NCBI GenBank assembly: GCA_900549485.1
Contig: UROG01000002.1
Coordinates: 17,475 to 81,474, forward strand
Origin: an uncultured Eubacteriales bacterium
Lineage (GTDB): Bacteria; Bacillota; Clostridia; Oscillospirales; Oscillospiraceae
Direction of reading: 5' to 3'
DNA length: 64,000 nt
Of the stretch, positions 1 to 10,086 are shown in pieces (positions within the stretch are counted from its first letter, which is position 1; every line of letters starts with the position of its first letter). A program made the translations under genes and the position numbers. The notes below the pieces were generated by a model, which saw nothing but the letters and a program-made list of their open reading frames with translations, did not search any database and had not been told where the DNA came from.

Positions 1-169
1 GGCAGTTTTCACCGCTACTCCGTGCAGGAGCTTATAGAAATGGGCAGAGCCGTCATAGGCTGAACGATGCAGCTTGTCAAAGAATCTCTGCGAGGCTTTT
101 TTTGACAGTTTCAGCCGTGAATATCCGGTAAAAGTGCCGGATATTCACGGTTTTAGGTTTTTGTATGGC

Positions 170-943
170 TTAATCGCAGTCGATTATGATACAGGCGGAA
201 TCGTCGTCCGGGCGGTTTTCTGCGATGTACTCAAGCAGCGCATGGCCGTCCTTGTCTGCGGCAAGTCCCGCTTTCCCCATGCGCTCGCCTCTCCGGAACA
301 CGCCGTCCGCGCCGTCGCTCATCATGATTATCCTGCCGTATGCCGCCACGCTTCCCGCATACACTCTGATGTGCCGTGCGGCGTCGGGCGAAGTGGTGAG
401 CCATGTCTGGTTAAGGCACAGTCCGTTTTCCGGCGGACTGAGGCTTCTTGTTTCTCCCCCGCACACTCCCGCCACACGCCCGTCTCCGAGATGCGCCAGC
501 ACATATCTGCCGGAAGCGGGATCAACGCCCATCGCTATCAGTGTAGAGCCGAACTCAAAAATATCTGCCGAATGTTCTTCCGCCGCACGTTCCAGCCCTG
601 CGCGTATCGTCCTTGCCAGAGCGTATTGCAGATCGCAGAAATCCTGCTGCGCACGGCAGACGTCCACTCCGCTCGATTCGATATATTCCGCTGCCGCCGC
701 AAGGCTTATGTACGCGCCCTCCGTGCAGTATCTTTTTCTGCTCTGCCCGTCTGCAAGACCGTAAAAGCAGAAGCTTTCCGTCTCAATAGTCAGCACTACA
801 TCCTCGCAGGAGCATCCTGCGGCGGCATGTTCCTTCCCTGCTGACGTCATAACCGTTGATTTAAGCATATCCGCCTCCTTATCCGATATGACCCGCCTTC
901 CGTTCTCCTTTTGTTTAATATACTCTCTTTTCAGGACACGCAT
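170..943 (-). CDS. PP2C-family serine/threonine phosphatase (SpoIIE-like domain)
   Basis: 257 aa ORF with LADGQ and SDGxDG motifs and an acidic DDD...IIID C-terminus typical of PP2C/SpoIIE phosphatases. Overlapping + strand ORFs are judged spurious. Confidence 0.5.
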   Translation of the reverse strand: MRVLKREYIKQKENGRRVISDKEADMLKSTVMTSAGKEHAAAGCSCEDVVLTIETESFCFYGLADGQSRKRYCTEGAYISLAAAAEYIESSGVDVCRAQQDFCDLQYALARTIRAGLERAAEEHSADIFEFGSTLIAMGVDPASGRYVLAHLGDGRVAGVCGGETRSLSPPENGLCLNQTWLTTSPDAARHIRVYAGSVAAYGRIIMMSDGADGVFRRGERMGKAGLAADKDGHALLEYIAENRPDDDSACIIIDCD

Positions 944-1066
944 TTTTAGGTTTTGCGTTTTTCATCCCGTCCCCGCGGCACTCCGGCGCGGATATGAGCG
1001 CGTACTGTTGACAGGCGCGGCCGGAAAGCGGTATTATTGGGACAAATATGCGGCAGGAGGAAAATT

Positions 1067-1828
1067 ATGAGGATCGCAGTGATAACCGGCGCGTCTGCCG
1101 GAATAGGGAGAGAGTTTGTCTGCGCCGTTGACAAAGAGGGGCGCTATGACGAAATATGGGTGATTGCAAGAAGAAAGGAGCGCCTTGAGGAGCTTCAGGG
1201 CGTGTGCGCTAACCGCATCCGTCCGATAACGCTCGATCTGTCGGAGTCTGGGAGCATAGGCGAATACAAAGCCATGCTTGAGGCGGAAAGGCCTGATATC
1301 TGCCTGCTGATAAATGCCGCGGGCTGCGGCGTATTCGGTCCGTTCGCGGAAAACGATCTGGAAAAGCTGCTTGCCAGCGCACGTCTCAACGCACTTGCCC
1401 TGACCGGAATGTGCCGCGTGAGCCTGCCCTATATGCACCCGGGCAGCAACATCATAAACATGGGCTCAAACTCCGCGTGGCAGCCCGTGCCGTATCAGGC
1501 GGTATACGGGGCAAGCAAAAGCTATGTTCTCAGCTTCTCCCGCGCCATCGGCAGGGAGCTGAAAAGCAGCGGCGTTCACGTCATGTGCGTCTGCCCCGGC
1601 TGGATAAAGACGGAGTTCCAGAAAAATGCACATCACGACGAATATATCCGCTATGTGGACAAATGGTACGGTCCGGACGAAGTGGCGGCGCAGGCGATGA
1701 AGGATTTAAAAAAGAAAAAAGCCGTCTCGATACTCGGTCATCCGGTAAGACGGCAGGTTCGCCTTGTCAAGCTGCTGCCGGTAAATCTCGTCATGGACAT
1801 CTGGTGCAGGCAGCAGGGCATAAAATGA
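1067..1828 (+). CDS. SDR-family short-chain dehydrogenase/reductase
   Basis: N-terminal VITGASAGIG Rossmann motif and YxxxK catalytic motif (YGASKSY). GGAGG RBS 6 nt upstream of the ATG at 1067. Confidence 0.8.
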   Translation: MRIAVITGASAGIGREFVCAVDKEGRYDEIWVIARRKERLEELQGVCANRIRPITLDLSESGSIGEYKAMLEAERPDICLLINAAGCGVFGPFAENDLEKLLASARLNALALTGMCRVSLPYMHPGSNIINMGSNSAWQPVPYQAVYGASKSYVLSFSRAIGRELKSSGVHVMCVCPGWIKTEFQKNAHHDEYIRYVDKWYGPDEVAAQAMKDLKKKKAVSILGHPVRRQVRLVKLLPVNLVMDIWCRQQGIK

Positions 1829-1879
1829 TCACCGCGCCAAAACGGCTCAACGCTCCCGCTTCTTTCCGACGGCAATTTC

Positions 1880-2590
1880 TCATTGAAATTCCGAAAGCCT
1901 TTTAAGCGCTGCGGCGGGCTTCATCCCCCGCTCGCCGGTCATGCGGCACATATGTCCGGTAAATTCGTCCCAGTCAAACCTTTCGCCGGTCTGCTTTTCG
2001 GTGAAACGTATACAGGCTATTATATTCTCCGCCTCTCCGGTAAGCTCAAAAACCGGCGGCGGAGCTTTTTGTTTTTTCGGCGTTTGCTCACGCGGGCAGG
2101 ATACTATACTGCACGCGCACGCTCTCGGAAGCTCCTCTCCGTCCCTTCCGAAGATGAACGTCAGCGCGCTCAGACCTGCCGTCCTTACGTTCGGAAAGCC
2201 CTGCATTATCATCGCGGCGCGCTCCCCGTCAACGCATACCGTTTTCCCGCGCTCCGCACCGCTTCCGCCGATGCTCTCATCCGCCGCGAAGACCGCGCCC
2301 GCACAGTCAAGGCACCGCTTGAGTCCGCCGTCTATTTCCTCATGCTTCTCCCGCAGCCGTGCGCCCGAAGCAGAGCCGACAAAGCCGTCCACAAGCGCCG
2401 GTACGGAGATAAAGCTTTCGCCGAGCGCATATTTTTTCAGCCCTCTTACGGTCCGCCGCGGAGAATGCGATAGGAAAGACAGCATCCGCTTCCATGTTTT
2501 CAGCCACCATGCAAAATCCTCGAGTGTGTCGCGCACACCGCGCCGGCGCCGCTGCGCCGCATATTTCATCATTTGTTTTATTCCGCTCAC
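1880..2590 (-). CDS. hypothetical protein
   Basis: 236 aa ORF downstream of sigE on the same strand. No family recognised by eye. Confidence 0.35.
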   Translation of the reverse strand: MSGIKQMMKYAAQRRRRGVRDTLEDFAWWLKTWKRMLSFLSHSPRRTVRGLKKYALGESFISVPALVDGFVGSASGARLREKHEEIDGGLKRCLDCAGAVFAADESIGGSGAERGKTVCVDGERAAMIMQGFPNVRTAGLSALTFIFGRDGEELPRACACSIVSCPREQTPKKQKAPPPVFELTGEAENIIACIRFTEKQTGERFDWDEFTGHMCRMTGERGMKPAAALKRLSEFQ

Positions 2591-2636
2591 CCTCCGCTTC
2601 GTCCGGTCAAAAGCCGCTTCTGACCGGACGTCAGTA

Positions 2637-3359
2637 TCAGACCTGCTGAAGCTTCATCATTTCCTTGCGCAGTCTGTCGATTATCCGCTTTTCAAGGCGG
2701 CTGATGTAGCTTTGTGAGATGCCCATGATATCCGCCACCTCCTTCTGTGTGTACTCCCGCCCGCCGGGCAGACCGAAGCGCATGAGGATTATGCTCTTTT
2801 CCCGCGGCTTGAGCGTTTCTATCGCGTCCATGAGCATTTTGCGCTCCGCGTCATCCTCCAGAGGCCGCGCTACCTCATCGTCATCCGTGCCGAGGATATC
2901 CGACAGCAGAAGCTCGTTCCCGTCCCAATCGGTATTGAGCGGCTCGTCAAAGCTCACCTCTGTGCGCTGGGAGTTTATCTTTCTCAGATGCATGAGTATC
3001 TCGTTTTCAATGCAGCGCGAGGCATATGTCGCAAGCTTTATGTTCTTGCCGGAATTGAATGTATTCACCGCTTTTATGAGGCCGATCGTGCCGATGGATA
3101 TAAGGTCTTCAATATTCACGCCGGTGTTTTCAAAGCGCTTGGATATGTACACGACAAGCCGGAGGTTATGCTCGATAAGCAGCTTTTTTGCGTACTCATC
3201 TCCGTTGTCGAGTCCCTTTATGGCTCTCTCCTCCTCGTCCTTTTCCAGCGGCGCGGGGAGAGTGTCGCTGCCGCCTATGTAGAAAACCGCCGGCGGTTTT
3301 ATCCCTAATATTTCAAAAATCTGCTCTCTTATGAACATGATCTGCGGTCTGCAAAGCAT
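2637..3359 (-). CDS. sigE: sporulation sigma factor SigE (pro-sigma-E)
   Basis: Strong similarity to Bacillus/Clostridium SigE: pro-sequence ...[12 protein letters not shown], regions 2 to 4 ([42 protein letters not shown]). It lies immediately downstream of spoIIGA. GGAGG is 7 nt upstream of the second ATG (3359); the alternative start is 3365. Confidence 0.85.
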   Translation of the reverse strand: MLCRPQIMFIREQIFEILGIKPPAVFYIGGSDTLPAPLEKDEEERAIKGLDNGDEYAKKLLIEHNLRLVVYISKRFENTGVNIEDLISIGTIGLIKAVNTFNSGKNIKLATYASRCIENEILMHLRKINSQRTEVSFDEPLNTDWDGNELLLSDILGTDDDEVARPLEDDAERKMLMDAIETLKPREKSIILMRFGLPGGREYTQKEVADIMGISQSYISRLEKRIIDRLRKEMMKLQQV

Positions 3360-3446
3360 TGCCATCCCTCCCGGTTTATTTTGATCGCTGTCGGCGCGGC
3401 TGCGCCGGGCAAACAGTATTTTCCGGCTGCGAAGCCCTGAAACGCA

Positions 3447-4301
3447 TCAGATTATCCCTTCAAAGCCGTCGCCCCACACTCTTTCCGACACTGCCGTCAG
3501 CAGCTCCTTTTCCTCTCCGCCGACAACGACCCTGTCCGCCCTGAACGCGGCCAGCATGCCCTTTGAGCCAACCGCCGTATACGGTATCAGTCTCACGCGG
3601 CCGGTAAGCTCCGGCATTTTCGCGGCGGTCTCCGCAAAAGCCACGGCGTCGTCAAACGGAAGGCTCCCGCTCTCCGGAAAAAGCCCGCTGACCGCATGCG
3701 GACAGGCCACCATCACCCGCTCGCCGGATATGGGGTCCCGAAGCTCGTTGCCGGTATCGTGCATCGCCCTGAATTTCACGCGTTTTCCGCCAAGCTCTAT
3801 TTCCACGTCGGCAAAGCTTCTTTCACACCGCGCCGCCCGGTATCTGAAAACAAGCGTCAGCAGCGCATAGCAAAGCGCAAAGGACAGTATGAGCGTTCGC
3901 ATATCAAAGGCGGGACGCCGTCCGGTAAGCGTTATGCAGTAGACAAAGCCGCCGAACGCCGCCGCCACCGCAAGAAAAGCAAGCGAGCAGCGCAGCAGGG
4001 ATTTTTCGCCGCCGTAAGCCGCAAGCGCCATGAACAGGGCGGCGGCGACCTTTATCACCGGCGAGGACAGAAATTCAAGCCCCGGTATGTACACCGCCGC
4101 GGAATACGCCGCCCCGATGAGCGCCCCGGCAAAGTACCTCAGCCTTTTCACCGTTAGCCCGCACACCGCCGCGGTACAGCTCAGCAGCAGGTAATCTATC
4201 GCAAGGTTCAGGAGGAACAAGCTGTCCACATAGATGATTTCCATGGATGCATTATATGCCGGCGCACGGCGTGAAATTTGTCGGTATCGAACCTCCTTCA
4301 T
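3447..4301 (-). CDS. spoIIGA: sigma-E processing peptidase SpoIIGA
   Basis: Polytopic membrane N-terminus (MEIIYVDSLFLLNLAIDYLLL) plus aspartic protease region (MHDTGNELRDPISG), in the conserved spoIIGA-sigE arrangement. The start is ambiguous: ATG at 4301 or at 4244 (MEIIY...). Confidence 0.75.
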   Translation of the reverse strand: MKEVRYRQISRRAPAYNASMEIIYVDSLFLLNLAIDYLLLSCTAAVCGLTVKRLRYFAGALIGAAYSAAVYIPGLEFLSSPVIKVAAALFMALAAYGGEKSLLRCSLAFLAVAAAFGGFVYCITLTGRRPAFDMRTLILSFALCYALLTLVFRYRAARCERSFADVEIELGGKRVKFRAMHDTGNELRDPISGERVMVACPHAVSGLFPESGSLPFDDAVAFAETAAKMPELTGRVRLIPYTAVGSKGMLAAFRADRVVVGGEEKELLTAVSERVWGDGFEGII

Positions 4302-4375
4302 AAAATATTGATTGTCAAAAAGGCTGGGCTGTGGTAGAATAAAATGCTTAAATTTGGTTAGGAGAGTATACTTTT

Positions 4376-5287
4376 ATGTGGTTCATTTTTTCGATAATCG
4401 CGCTTTTATGCTGGAGCGGCTCCGATCTTTTTTCCAAAATCGGCTGCCGGGACAGTGAGGATAAATACAGTCATCTGAAAATGGTCATGGCGGTCGGCGC
4501 CGTTATGGGTCTTCACGCACTGTATCAGATAATTTTCGGCGGCGTTGAGATAAACGGCGGAATAATCCTTACATATCTGCCCGTTTCCATACTCTACATT
4601 CTCTCAATGACGATAGGCTATGTGGGGCTTCGTTATATCGAGCTTTCCATATCCTCTCCTATATGCAACAGCTCCGGCGCGATCGTCGCCGTGCTGAGCC
4701 TTATAACGATGGGCGCCGCCGCAGAGCTTCCCGCCGCGGCATATGCTGCCGTCGCGGCGGTGTGTCTGGGCGTACTGTTCCTCGGCATCACCGAATCGAC
4801 CGAGGATGAGGAGCTTCGCGCCGCACGTCAGGACGCCTCGAATCACCGCTATGCCAAAAGCTGGCTTGCGCTGGCGCTGCCTGTGGTCTACTGTCTGCTG
4901 GACGCGCTTGGCACCTTTGCCGACAGCATCGTGCTTGAAAAGCTCAACGAGGACAGCGCGAACGCCGCCTATGAGCTGACGTTTCTTGCGGTAGGCATCG
5001 TGTGCGCAATATACGTACTCGGCATAAAGAAGCAGAAGCTTGCCGTGCGGCAGGAGGTGCCGAAGTACACCGGCGCGATCTTTGAGACCGTCGGTCAGTT
5101 CTTCTATATCTATGCCCTCGCCGACAGCCGCCATGTGGCATTTGCCGCGCCTATCATCTCCTCCTACTGCGTGGTGAGCGTACTGTGGAGCAGGCTCTTC
5201 CTCAAGGAAAAGCTTTCCCTGAAGCACTATCTGTCCATCCTGCTTGTGATTATCGGCGTTGTTATTCTGGGTATACTCGACATATAA
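4376..5287 (+). CDS. EamA/DMT-family transporter
   Basis: 303 aa, about 10 TM segments, two EamA-like halves. RBS AGGAGAG upstream of the ATG. Confidence 0.75.
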   Translation: MWFIFSIIALLCWSGSDLFSKIGCRDSEDKYSHLKMVMAVGAVMGLHALYQIIFGGVEINGGIILTYLPVSILYILSMTIGYVGLRYIELSISSPICNSSGAIVAVLSLITMGAAAELPAAAYAAVAAVCLGVLFLGITESTEDEELRAARQDASNHRYAKSWLALALPVVYCLLDALGTFADSIVLEKLNEDSANAAYELTFLAVGIVCAIYVLGIKKQKLAVRQEVPKYTGAIFETVGQFFYIYALADSRHVAFAAPIISSYCVVSVLWSRLFLKEKLSLKHYLSILLVIIGVVILGILDI

Positions 5288-5368
5288 GCGTCTTTCTGCC
5301 CGTGAATGCAGCGTTTCGATTATTCCCCGCGTTTTTTCCGATCTATACATTGAAAAAGGAGCGAGAAA

Positions 5369-6076
5369 ATGGCTAAATACAGCAGAGTTCTTATAAAAAT
5401 AAGCGGTGAGGCGCTTGCCGCCGACAAGCACACCGGCTATGACTTCGACTTTGTGACAAGAGTCTGCGGCGCGGTAAAGAGCTGCGTTGACGGCGGCGTT
5501 CAGGTCGGCATCGTCATAGGCGGCGGCAACTTCTGGCGCGGCGTAAAGGACGGCGCGGGACATATCGAGCGCGTCAGCGCCGACCGCATGGGTATGCTGG
5601 CAACAGCCATGAACTGCCTTGCGGTGTGCGACGTTTTCACCCAGACGGGCGTGAAGGCAAAGGTAATGACTGCCGTTGACATTCAGGGCGTCGGCGAGCG
5701 CTACGACACGAAAAAGGCCATAGAGTATATGGAAAACGGCACAGTCGTTCTCTTCGGGTGCGGCACCGGCATGCCCTTCTTCTCGACAGATACCGCCGCC
5801 GCGCTGAGAGCCGTGGAAGTACGTGCGGATGCGCTGCTGCTTGCAAAGAATATAGACGGCGTTTATTCCGCCGACCCCAGAAAGGATGCTTCCGCCGTCA
5901 AATTCGACGAGATAAGCTATGATGAAGTCCTTGCCCGCCGTTTGCAGGTCATGGACACCACCGCGACGAGCCTTGCAATGGACAACGCGCTGCCCGTCAT
6001 CGTCTTCGCCCTTGCCGAGCCGGAGAACATAGGCAGAGTCGTCGCCGGTGAGAAGGTCGGCACGACAGTCAGCTGA
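5369..6076 (+). CDS. pyrH: UMP kinase
   Basis: Classic PyrH sequence (LIKISGEAL, GIVIGGGNFWRG, VVLFGCGTG), in the pyrH-frr-uppS neighbourhood. Confidence 0.92.
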   Translation: MAKYSRVLIKISGEALAADKHTGYDFDFVTRVCGAVKSCVDGGVQVGIVIGGGNFWRGVKDGAGHIERVSADRMGMLATAMNCLAVCDVFTQTGVKAKVMTAVDIQGVGERYDTKKAIEYMENGTVVLFGCGTGMPFFSTDTAAALRAVEVRADALLLAKNIDGVYSADPRKDASAVKFDEISYDEVLARRLQVMDTTATSLAMDNALPVIVFALAEPENIGRVVAGEKVGTTVS

Positions 6077-6147
6077 TATTTCACATTTGTTCACAAAAAA
6101 GAAAGCTTTTTGGATTACAATATAATAACTAAACGGAGGTAAGTTCC

Positions 6148-6699
6148 ATGTCTGACTACAAAGAATTTGAAAGCAAGATGAAAAAAACCTGCGAGTCCCT
6201 TACGGCGCAGTTTGCGACTATCCGTGCGGGACGTGCAAACGCCGCCGTTCTCGACCAGATACAGGTAGACTACTACGGCACCCCCACCCCGATAAATCAG
6301 GTCGCTTCCATCGCCTCCCCCGACCCGCGCTCCCTGCTCATCCAGCCTTGGGACGCGTCCATCCTCAAGGGCATTGAAAAGGCTATCATCGCATCCGATC
6401 TCGGCATCAACCCCCAGAACGACGGGCGTATGCTCCGCCTTGTGTTTCCCCCGCTTACGGAGGAGCGCCGCAAGGATCTCGTAAAGCAGACCAAGAAGTA
6501 CGGCGAAGAGGCAAAGGTCGCTATACGCAATATCCGCCGCGATGCGATAGACAAGTTCAAGAAGCAGCAGAAAGTCTCCGAGATCACCGAGGACGATTAC
6601 AAAATAGCTGAAAAGGACATCCAGAAGCTCACCGACGACTTTGCAAAGGAGATCGACAAGATCTGCACCGCAAAGGAAAAAGAGCTTACCGAAATCTGA
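6148..6699 (+). CDS. frr: ribosome recycling factor
   Basis: 183 aa with conserved RRF motifs ([19 protein letters not shown]...[13 protein letters not shown]). GGAGG RBS. Confidence 0.92.
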   Translation: MSDYKEFESKMKKTCESLTAQFATIRAGRANAAVLDQIQVDYYGTPTPINQVASIASPDPRSLLIQPWDASILKGIEKAIIASDLGINPQNDGRMLRLVFPPLTEERRKDLVKQTKKYGEEAKVAIRNIRRDAIDKFKKQQKVSEITEDDYKIAEKDIQKLTDDFAKEIDKICTAKEKELTEI

Positions 6700-6777
6700 T
6701 ACCGGCTTCCGGCCGGAACCATTGCTTCCCCTGTTTTTTCAGGGGAATTATTATGAAATTCCAAAGGAGGCAATGCC

Positions 6778-7509
6778 ATGCCAGAAACAGCAAAGCCGTG
6801 GGACAGCGCACGTCTGCCCCGGCATATTGCAATAATTCTCGACGGGAACGGCCGCTGGGCAAAGAAACGCGGTCTGCCCAGAACCGCCGGTCATGCCGTG
6901 GGCGCGGAAAATTTCCGCAAAATAGCGACCTACTGCAAGAATATCGGCATTGATTATCTGACGGTCTACGCTTTTTCCACCGAAAACTGGAAGCGTCCTC
7001 CCGAAGAGGTCAAAACCATAATGAAGCTTCTGGACAAATATCTTCATGAGGCTATCGACACGATGGAGCGCGATCACATAAAAATGAGGGTTCTTGGCGA
7101 CGTGTCCGGCCTTTCGCCTGAGCTTCAGTCACTTGTGCACAAAACCGACGTAATTTCCACTCATTATGACGGTTTTCAGGCAAATATATGTCTCAACTAC
7201 GGCGGCAGAGACGAAATCGTCCATGCCGCAAGGCGCTACGCCGAGGATCTTGCCTTGGGCAGTGCGCCCCAGCTTGACGAGGAGAGCTTCGGCAATTATA
7301 TGTACTCCGCCGGTATTCCCGACCCCGATCTGCTTATAAGGCCGGGCGGGGAAAAGCGCATTTCCAATTTTCTCCTGTGGCAGTGTGCATATTCCGAGTT
7401 CTATTTCACCGATGTTCTGTGGCCTGACTTTTCCACAGACGAGCTTGACAAGGCAATTGTCGAGTATCAGAGCCGGGACAGACGTTTCGGCGGCGTAAAG
7501 GTCAAATAA
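6778..7509 (+). CDS. uppS: isoprenyl transferase (undecaprenyl diphosphate synthase)
   Basis: Motifs HIAIILDGNGRWA, YLTVYAFSTENWKRP, RISNFLLWQ. Confidence 0.9.
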   Translation: MPETAKPWDSARLPRHIAIILDGNGRWAKKRGLPRTAGHAVGAENFRKIATYCKNIGIDYLTVYAFSTENWKRPPEEVKTIMKLLDKYLHEAIDTMERDHIKMRVLGDVSGLSPELQSLVHKTDVISTHYDGFQANICLNYGGRDEIVHAARRYAEDLALGSAPQLDEESFGNYMYSAGIPDPDLLIRPGGEKRISNFLLWQCAYSEFYFTDVLWPDFSTDELDKAIVEYQSRDRRFGGVKVK

Positions 7510-7534
7510 TTTTCTGAAATTCGGAGAAGACTAA

Positions 7535-8689
7535 ATGGTAAAATCAATATCAATTCTCGGCAGCACCGGCTCTGTCGGCAGGCAGACCGCTGCGGTGGCC
7601 GAGCACATTGGTATGCCCGTCGCGGCGCTGACCGCTCAGTCAAGCATAAAGCTGCTTGAAGAGCAGGCGCGGCGGCTGCATCCCAAATTTGTGGCGGTAT
7701 ATGATGAAGAATCTGCTAAGTTATTCAAAATAGCGGTTGCGGATACGGATATCAGAGTAGGCTCAGGTATGGATGGTCTCATCGAGGCCGCCGTCACGGA
7801 AGAATCCGACTGCGTCGTGACCGGTGTTTCCGGCTCGATCGGTCTTAAACCCACGCTTGCGGCAATAGACGCAAAAAAGCGCATTGCCCTTGCGAACAAG
7901 GAAACGCTCGTATGCGCGGGCGAAATAGTCATGAAGCGCGCCGCGGAAAAGGGCGCGGAGATAGTTCCGGTAGATTCGGAACATTCGGCAATTTTTCAGT
8001 GTCTTATCGGCAGAAAGGCCGGAGAGCTGAAGAAAATCCTGCTCACGGGCAGCGGCGGCCCGTTCAGGGGTAAAAAGAGAGCGGAGCTTGAAGACATCAC
8101 CCCCGAGATCGCCGTGAAGCACCCCAATTGGAACATGGGCGCGAAAATATCCGTTGACAGCTCGACAATGATGAACAAGGGTCTTGAATTTATCGAGGCA
8201 ATGCACCTGTTCGGCGTAACGCCGGATGACATTCAGGTGGTAGTACATCCCCAGAGCGTCATACACTCTATGGTAGAGCTTGTTGACGGCACGGTCATAG
8301 CCCAGATGGGAGTTCCCGACATGGGGCTTCCTATTCAGTTTGCACTTACATATCCGGAGAGAATGGACTCCACGTTCAAGCGCATGGATTTCTGGCACAT
8401 GAAAGACATGACATTTGAAGCTCCGGATCTTGAAAATACACCCTGCCTGAAGCTTGCAATGGACGCCGCCCGCACAGGCGGCACCGCGCCGTGCATAATG
8501 AGCGCGGCAAACGAGGTCGCGGTCCACGCGTTTCTTGACCGCAGGCTCGGCTACAACCGCATTTATGACGCCGCCGCAGGCGCAATTGAGGCCGTAGGCG
8601 TCGTACAGCACCCCGACCTTGAAACGATAATCGGGGCGGACGCCGCCGCAAGACGGTACGTCAGAGAAACTTTTTTGGGCGAGGCATAA
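7535..8689 (+). CDS. dxr: 1-deoxy-D-xylulose 5-phosphate reductoisomerase
   Basis: ILGSTGSVG NADPH motif, LANKE, HPNWNMG, SSTMMNKGLE motifs. 384 aa. Confidence 0.92.
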   Translation: MVKSISILGSTGSVGRQTAAVAEHIGMPVAALTAQSSIKLLEEQARRLHPKFVAVYDEESAKLFKIAVADTDIRVGSGMDGLIEAAVTEESDCVVTGVSGSIGLKPTLAAIDAKKRIALANKETLVCAGEIVMKRAAEKGAEIVPVDSEHSAIFQCLIGRKAGELKKILLTGSGGPFRGKKRAELEDITPEIAVKHPNWNMGAKISVDSSTMMNKGLEFIEAMHLFGVTPDDIQVVVHPQSVIHSMVELVDGTVIAQMGVPDMGLPIQFALTYPERMDSTFKRMDFWHMKDMTFEAPDLENTPCLKLAMDAARTGGTAPCIMSAANEVAVHAFLDRRLGYNRIYDAAAGAIEAVGVVQHPDLETIIGADAAARRYVRETFLGEA

Positions 8690-9032
8690 GAAGACCCCTC
8701 AGTCAGCTATCGCTGACAGCTCCACCCCCCACTCTGTCGGCTGCGCCGACATCTCTCCCCGCTGGGGAGAGTCTTCCCCTTTCAGGGACCCATGAGTGCG
8801 CGTTGGGCAAATCAAGATTTGGACGCTTACTTACCTCATCAGAGGGAGCCATGAGTTGAATCGCCGCGCCAGCGGCTCAATCACTCCACTCTCCACTCTT
8901 AACGCTCCACTCTAATTTATCCGTCGGCTCTGCTGACACCGCAACTCCTCACTCCTCACTGTATAAAGCTCCTCACTCTTAGCTCCACTCTATACGCAGC
9001 TTTTCACTTTCTATATTTTCCCGGAGGGATCT

Positions 9033-10085
9033 ATGACAGTTATCTATGTATTGTTCGGTATTCTGATGTTCGGCGTACTCATTGCCGTGCATGAGCTCGG
9101 GCATTTTTCAGCCGCGAAGCTTCTTGGCGTCAAGGTCAATGAGTTCTCGATAGGCATGGGGCCTGCGATTGTGCAGAAGCAGCGCGGAGAGACCGTGTAT
9201 TCGCTGCGCTGCATACCCATAGGCGGATTCTGCGCAATGGAGGGCGAGGACGAGGAAACGGGCGATCCGAGGGCGTTTACAATCCAGAAGCCATGGAAGC
9301 GCGCTGTGATCCTTGTCGCAGGCTCCTTTATGAACTTTGTGCTGGGCTTTCTCATTGTGTTTTTCCTCTTTATCGACGCCGCCGCCTTCCGCGCGCCGGT
9401 TATCGTGGACTTCGCGGAGGGCTGTCCCTATTACAGCGAGGACGGCTTTCAGAAAAATGACCGCATACTCAGCATCGACAGACACAAGGTGTATAAGTAC
9501 AGCGACGTTTCCGACTTTCTCTCCCCATCTGCGGAGACGTATGACATCGTCGTAAAACGCGACGGGAAAAAGGTGGAGCTTAAGGACTTCCGCCTTGTTC
9601 CGGTCGAATACAAGGACGGGAAAAGATACGGCCTGTACTTCGGCTACGACGACGCTACTCTCGGCAATAAGCTTTACTATTCATGGGGCACAACGGCGGA
9701 GTTTTCCCGCTGGGTCTGGCAGGGGCTTAAAATGCTGGTCGAGGGCGATGTGAAAATGGACGATCTCTCCGGTCCCGTCGGGATAGTTGATCTCATGGCG
9801 GAAACAGGCGAAAACGCCGCGTCGTTTACCGACGGGCTGCTGGATATCCTGTTTCTGGCGGCGTTCATCGCGGTGAACCTTGCGATAATGAATATGCTGC
9901 CGATCCCCGCCATGGACGGCGGACGCGTGTTTTTCCTTATAGTCACGTGGATAATCGAGTCCGTAACCAGGAAGAAGCTCAACCCCAAATACGAAGGCTA
10001 TATCCACGCCGCGGGCATGGTGCTGCTGCTGGGGCTGATGGCTGTGATAATGTTCAACGATATAATAAAGATTGCGTTTAAGTGA
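9033..10085 (+). CDS. rseP: RIP metalloprotease RseP/RasP (site-2 protease)
   Basis: HELGH zinc motif in TM1, PDZ-containing middle region, NMLPIPAMDGG C-terminal motif. Conserved dxr-rseP-ispG synteny. Confidence 0.85.
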   Translation: MTVIYVLFGILMFGVLIAVHELGHFSAAKLLGVKVNEFSIGMGPAIVQKQRGETVYSLRCIPIGGFCAMEGEDEETGDPRAFTIQKPWKRAVILVAGSFMNFVLGFLIVFFLFIDAAAFRAPVIVDFAEGCPYYSEDGFQKNDRILSIDRHKVYKYSDVSDFLSPSAETYDIVVKRDGKKVELKDFRLVPVEYKDGKRYGLYFGYDDATLGNKLYYSWGTTAEFSRWVWQGLKMLVEGDVKMDDLSGPVGIVDLMAETGENAASFTDGLLDILFLAAFIAVNLAIMNMLPIPAMDGGRVFFLIVTWIIESVTRKKLNPKYEGYIHAAGMVLLLGLMAVIMFNDIIKIAFK

Positions 10086-10086
10086 T

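Noticed and set aside
74-844. + strand ORFs 74..844 and 186..764 overlapping the PP2C-like gene
   Set aside because: Arg/Ala/Ser-rich low-complexity translations typical of the wrong frame. The minus-strand PP2C-like ORF has recognisable motifs.
1883-2717. + strand ORFs 1883..2473 and 1941..2717 opposite the 1880..2590 gene
   Set aside because: Arg/Ser/Pro-rich low-complexity translations. Orientation and spacing relative to sigE favour the minus-strand gene, although that gene itself remains only a hypothetical.
4604-6094. 496-aa minus-strand ORF overlapping EamA and pyrH
   Set aside because: It is antisense to two well-supported genes (pyrH is unmistakable) and has no RBS or coherent domain.
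8880-9020. Possible CRISPR array (CTCCACTCT / CTCCTCACT repeats)
   Set aside because: The repeats are only 9 nt, irregularly spaced and imperfect, with no adjacent cas genes. It is reported instead as an unusual intergenic region.
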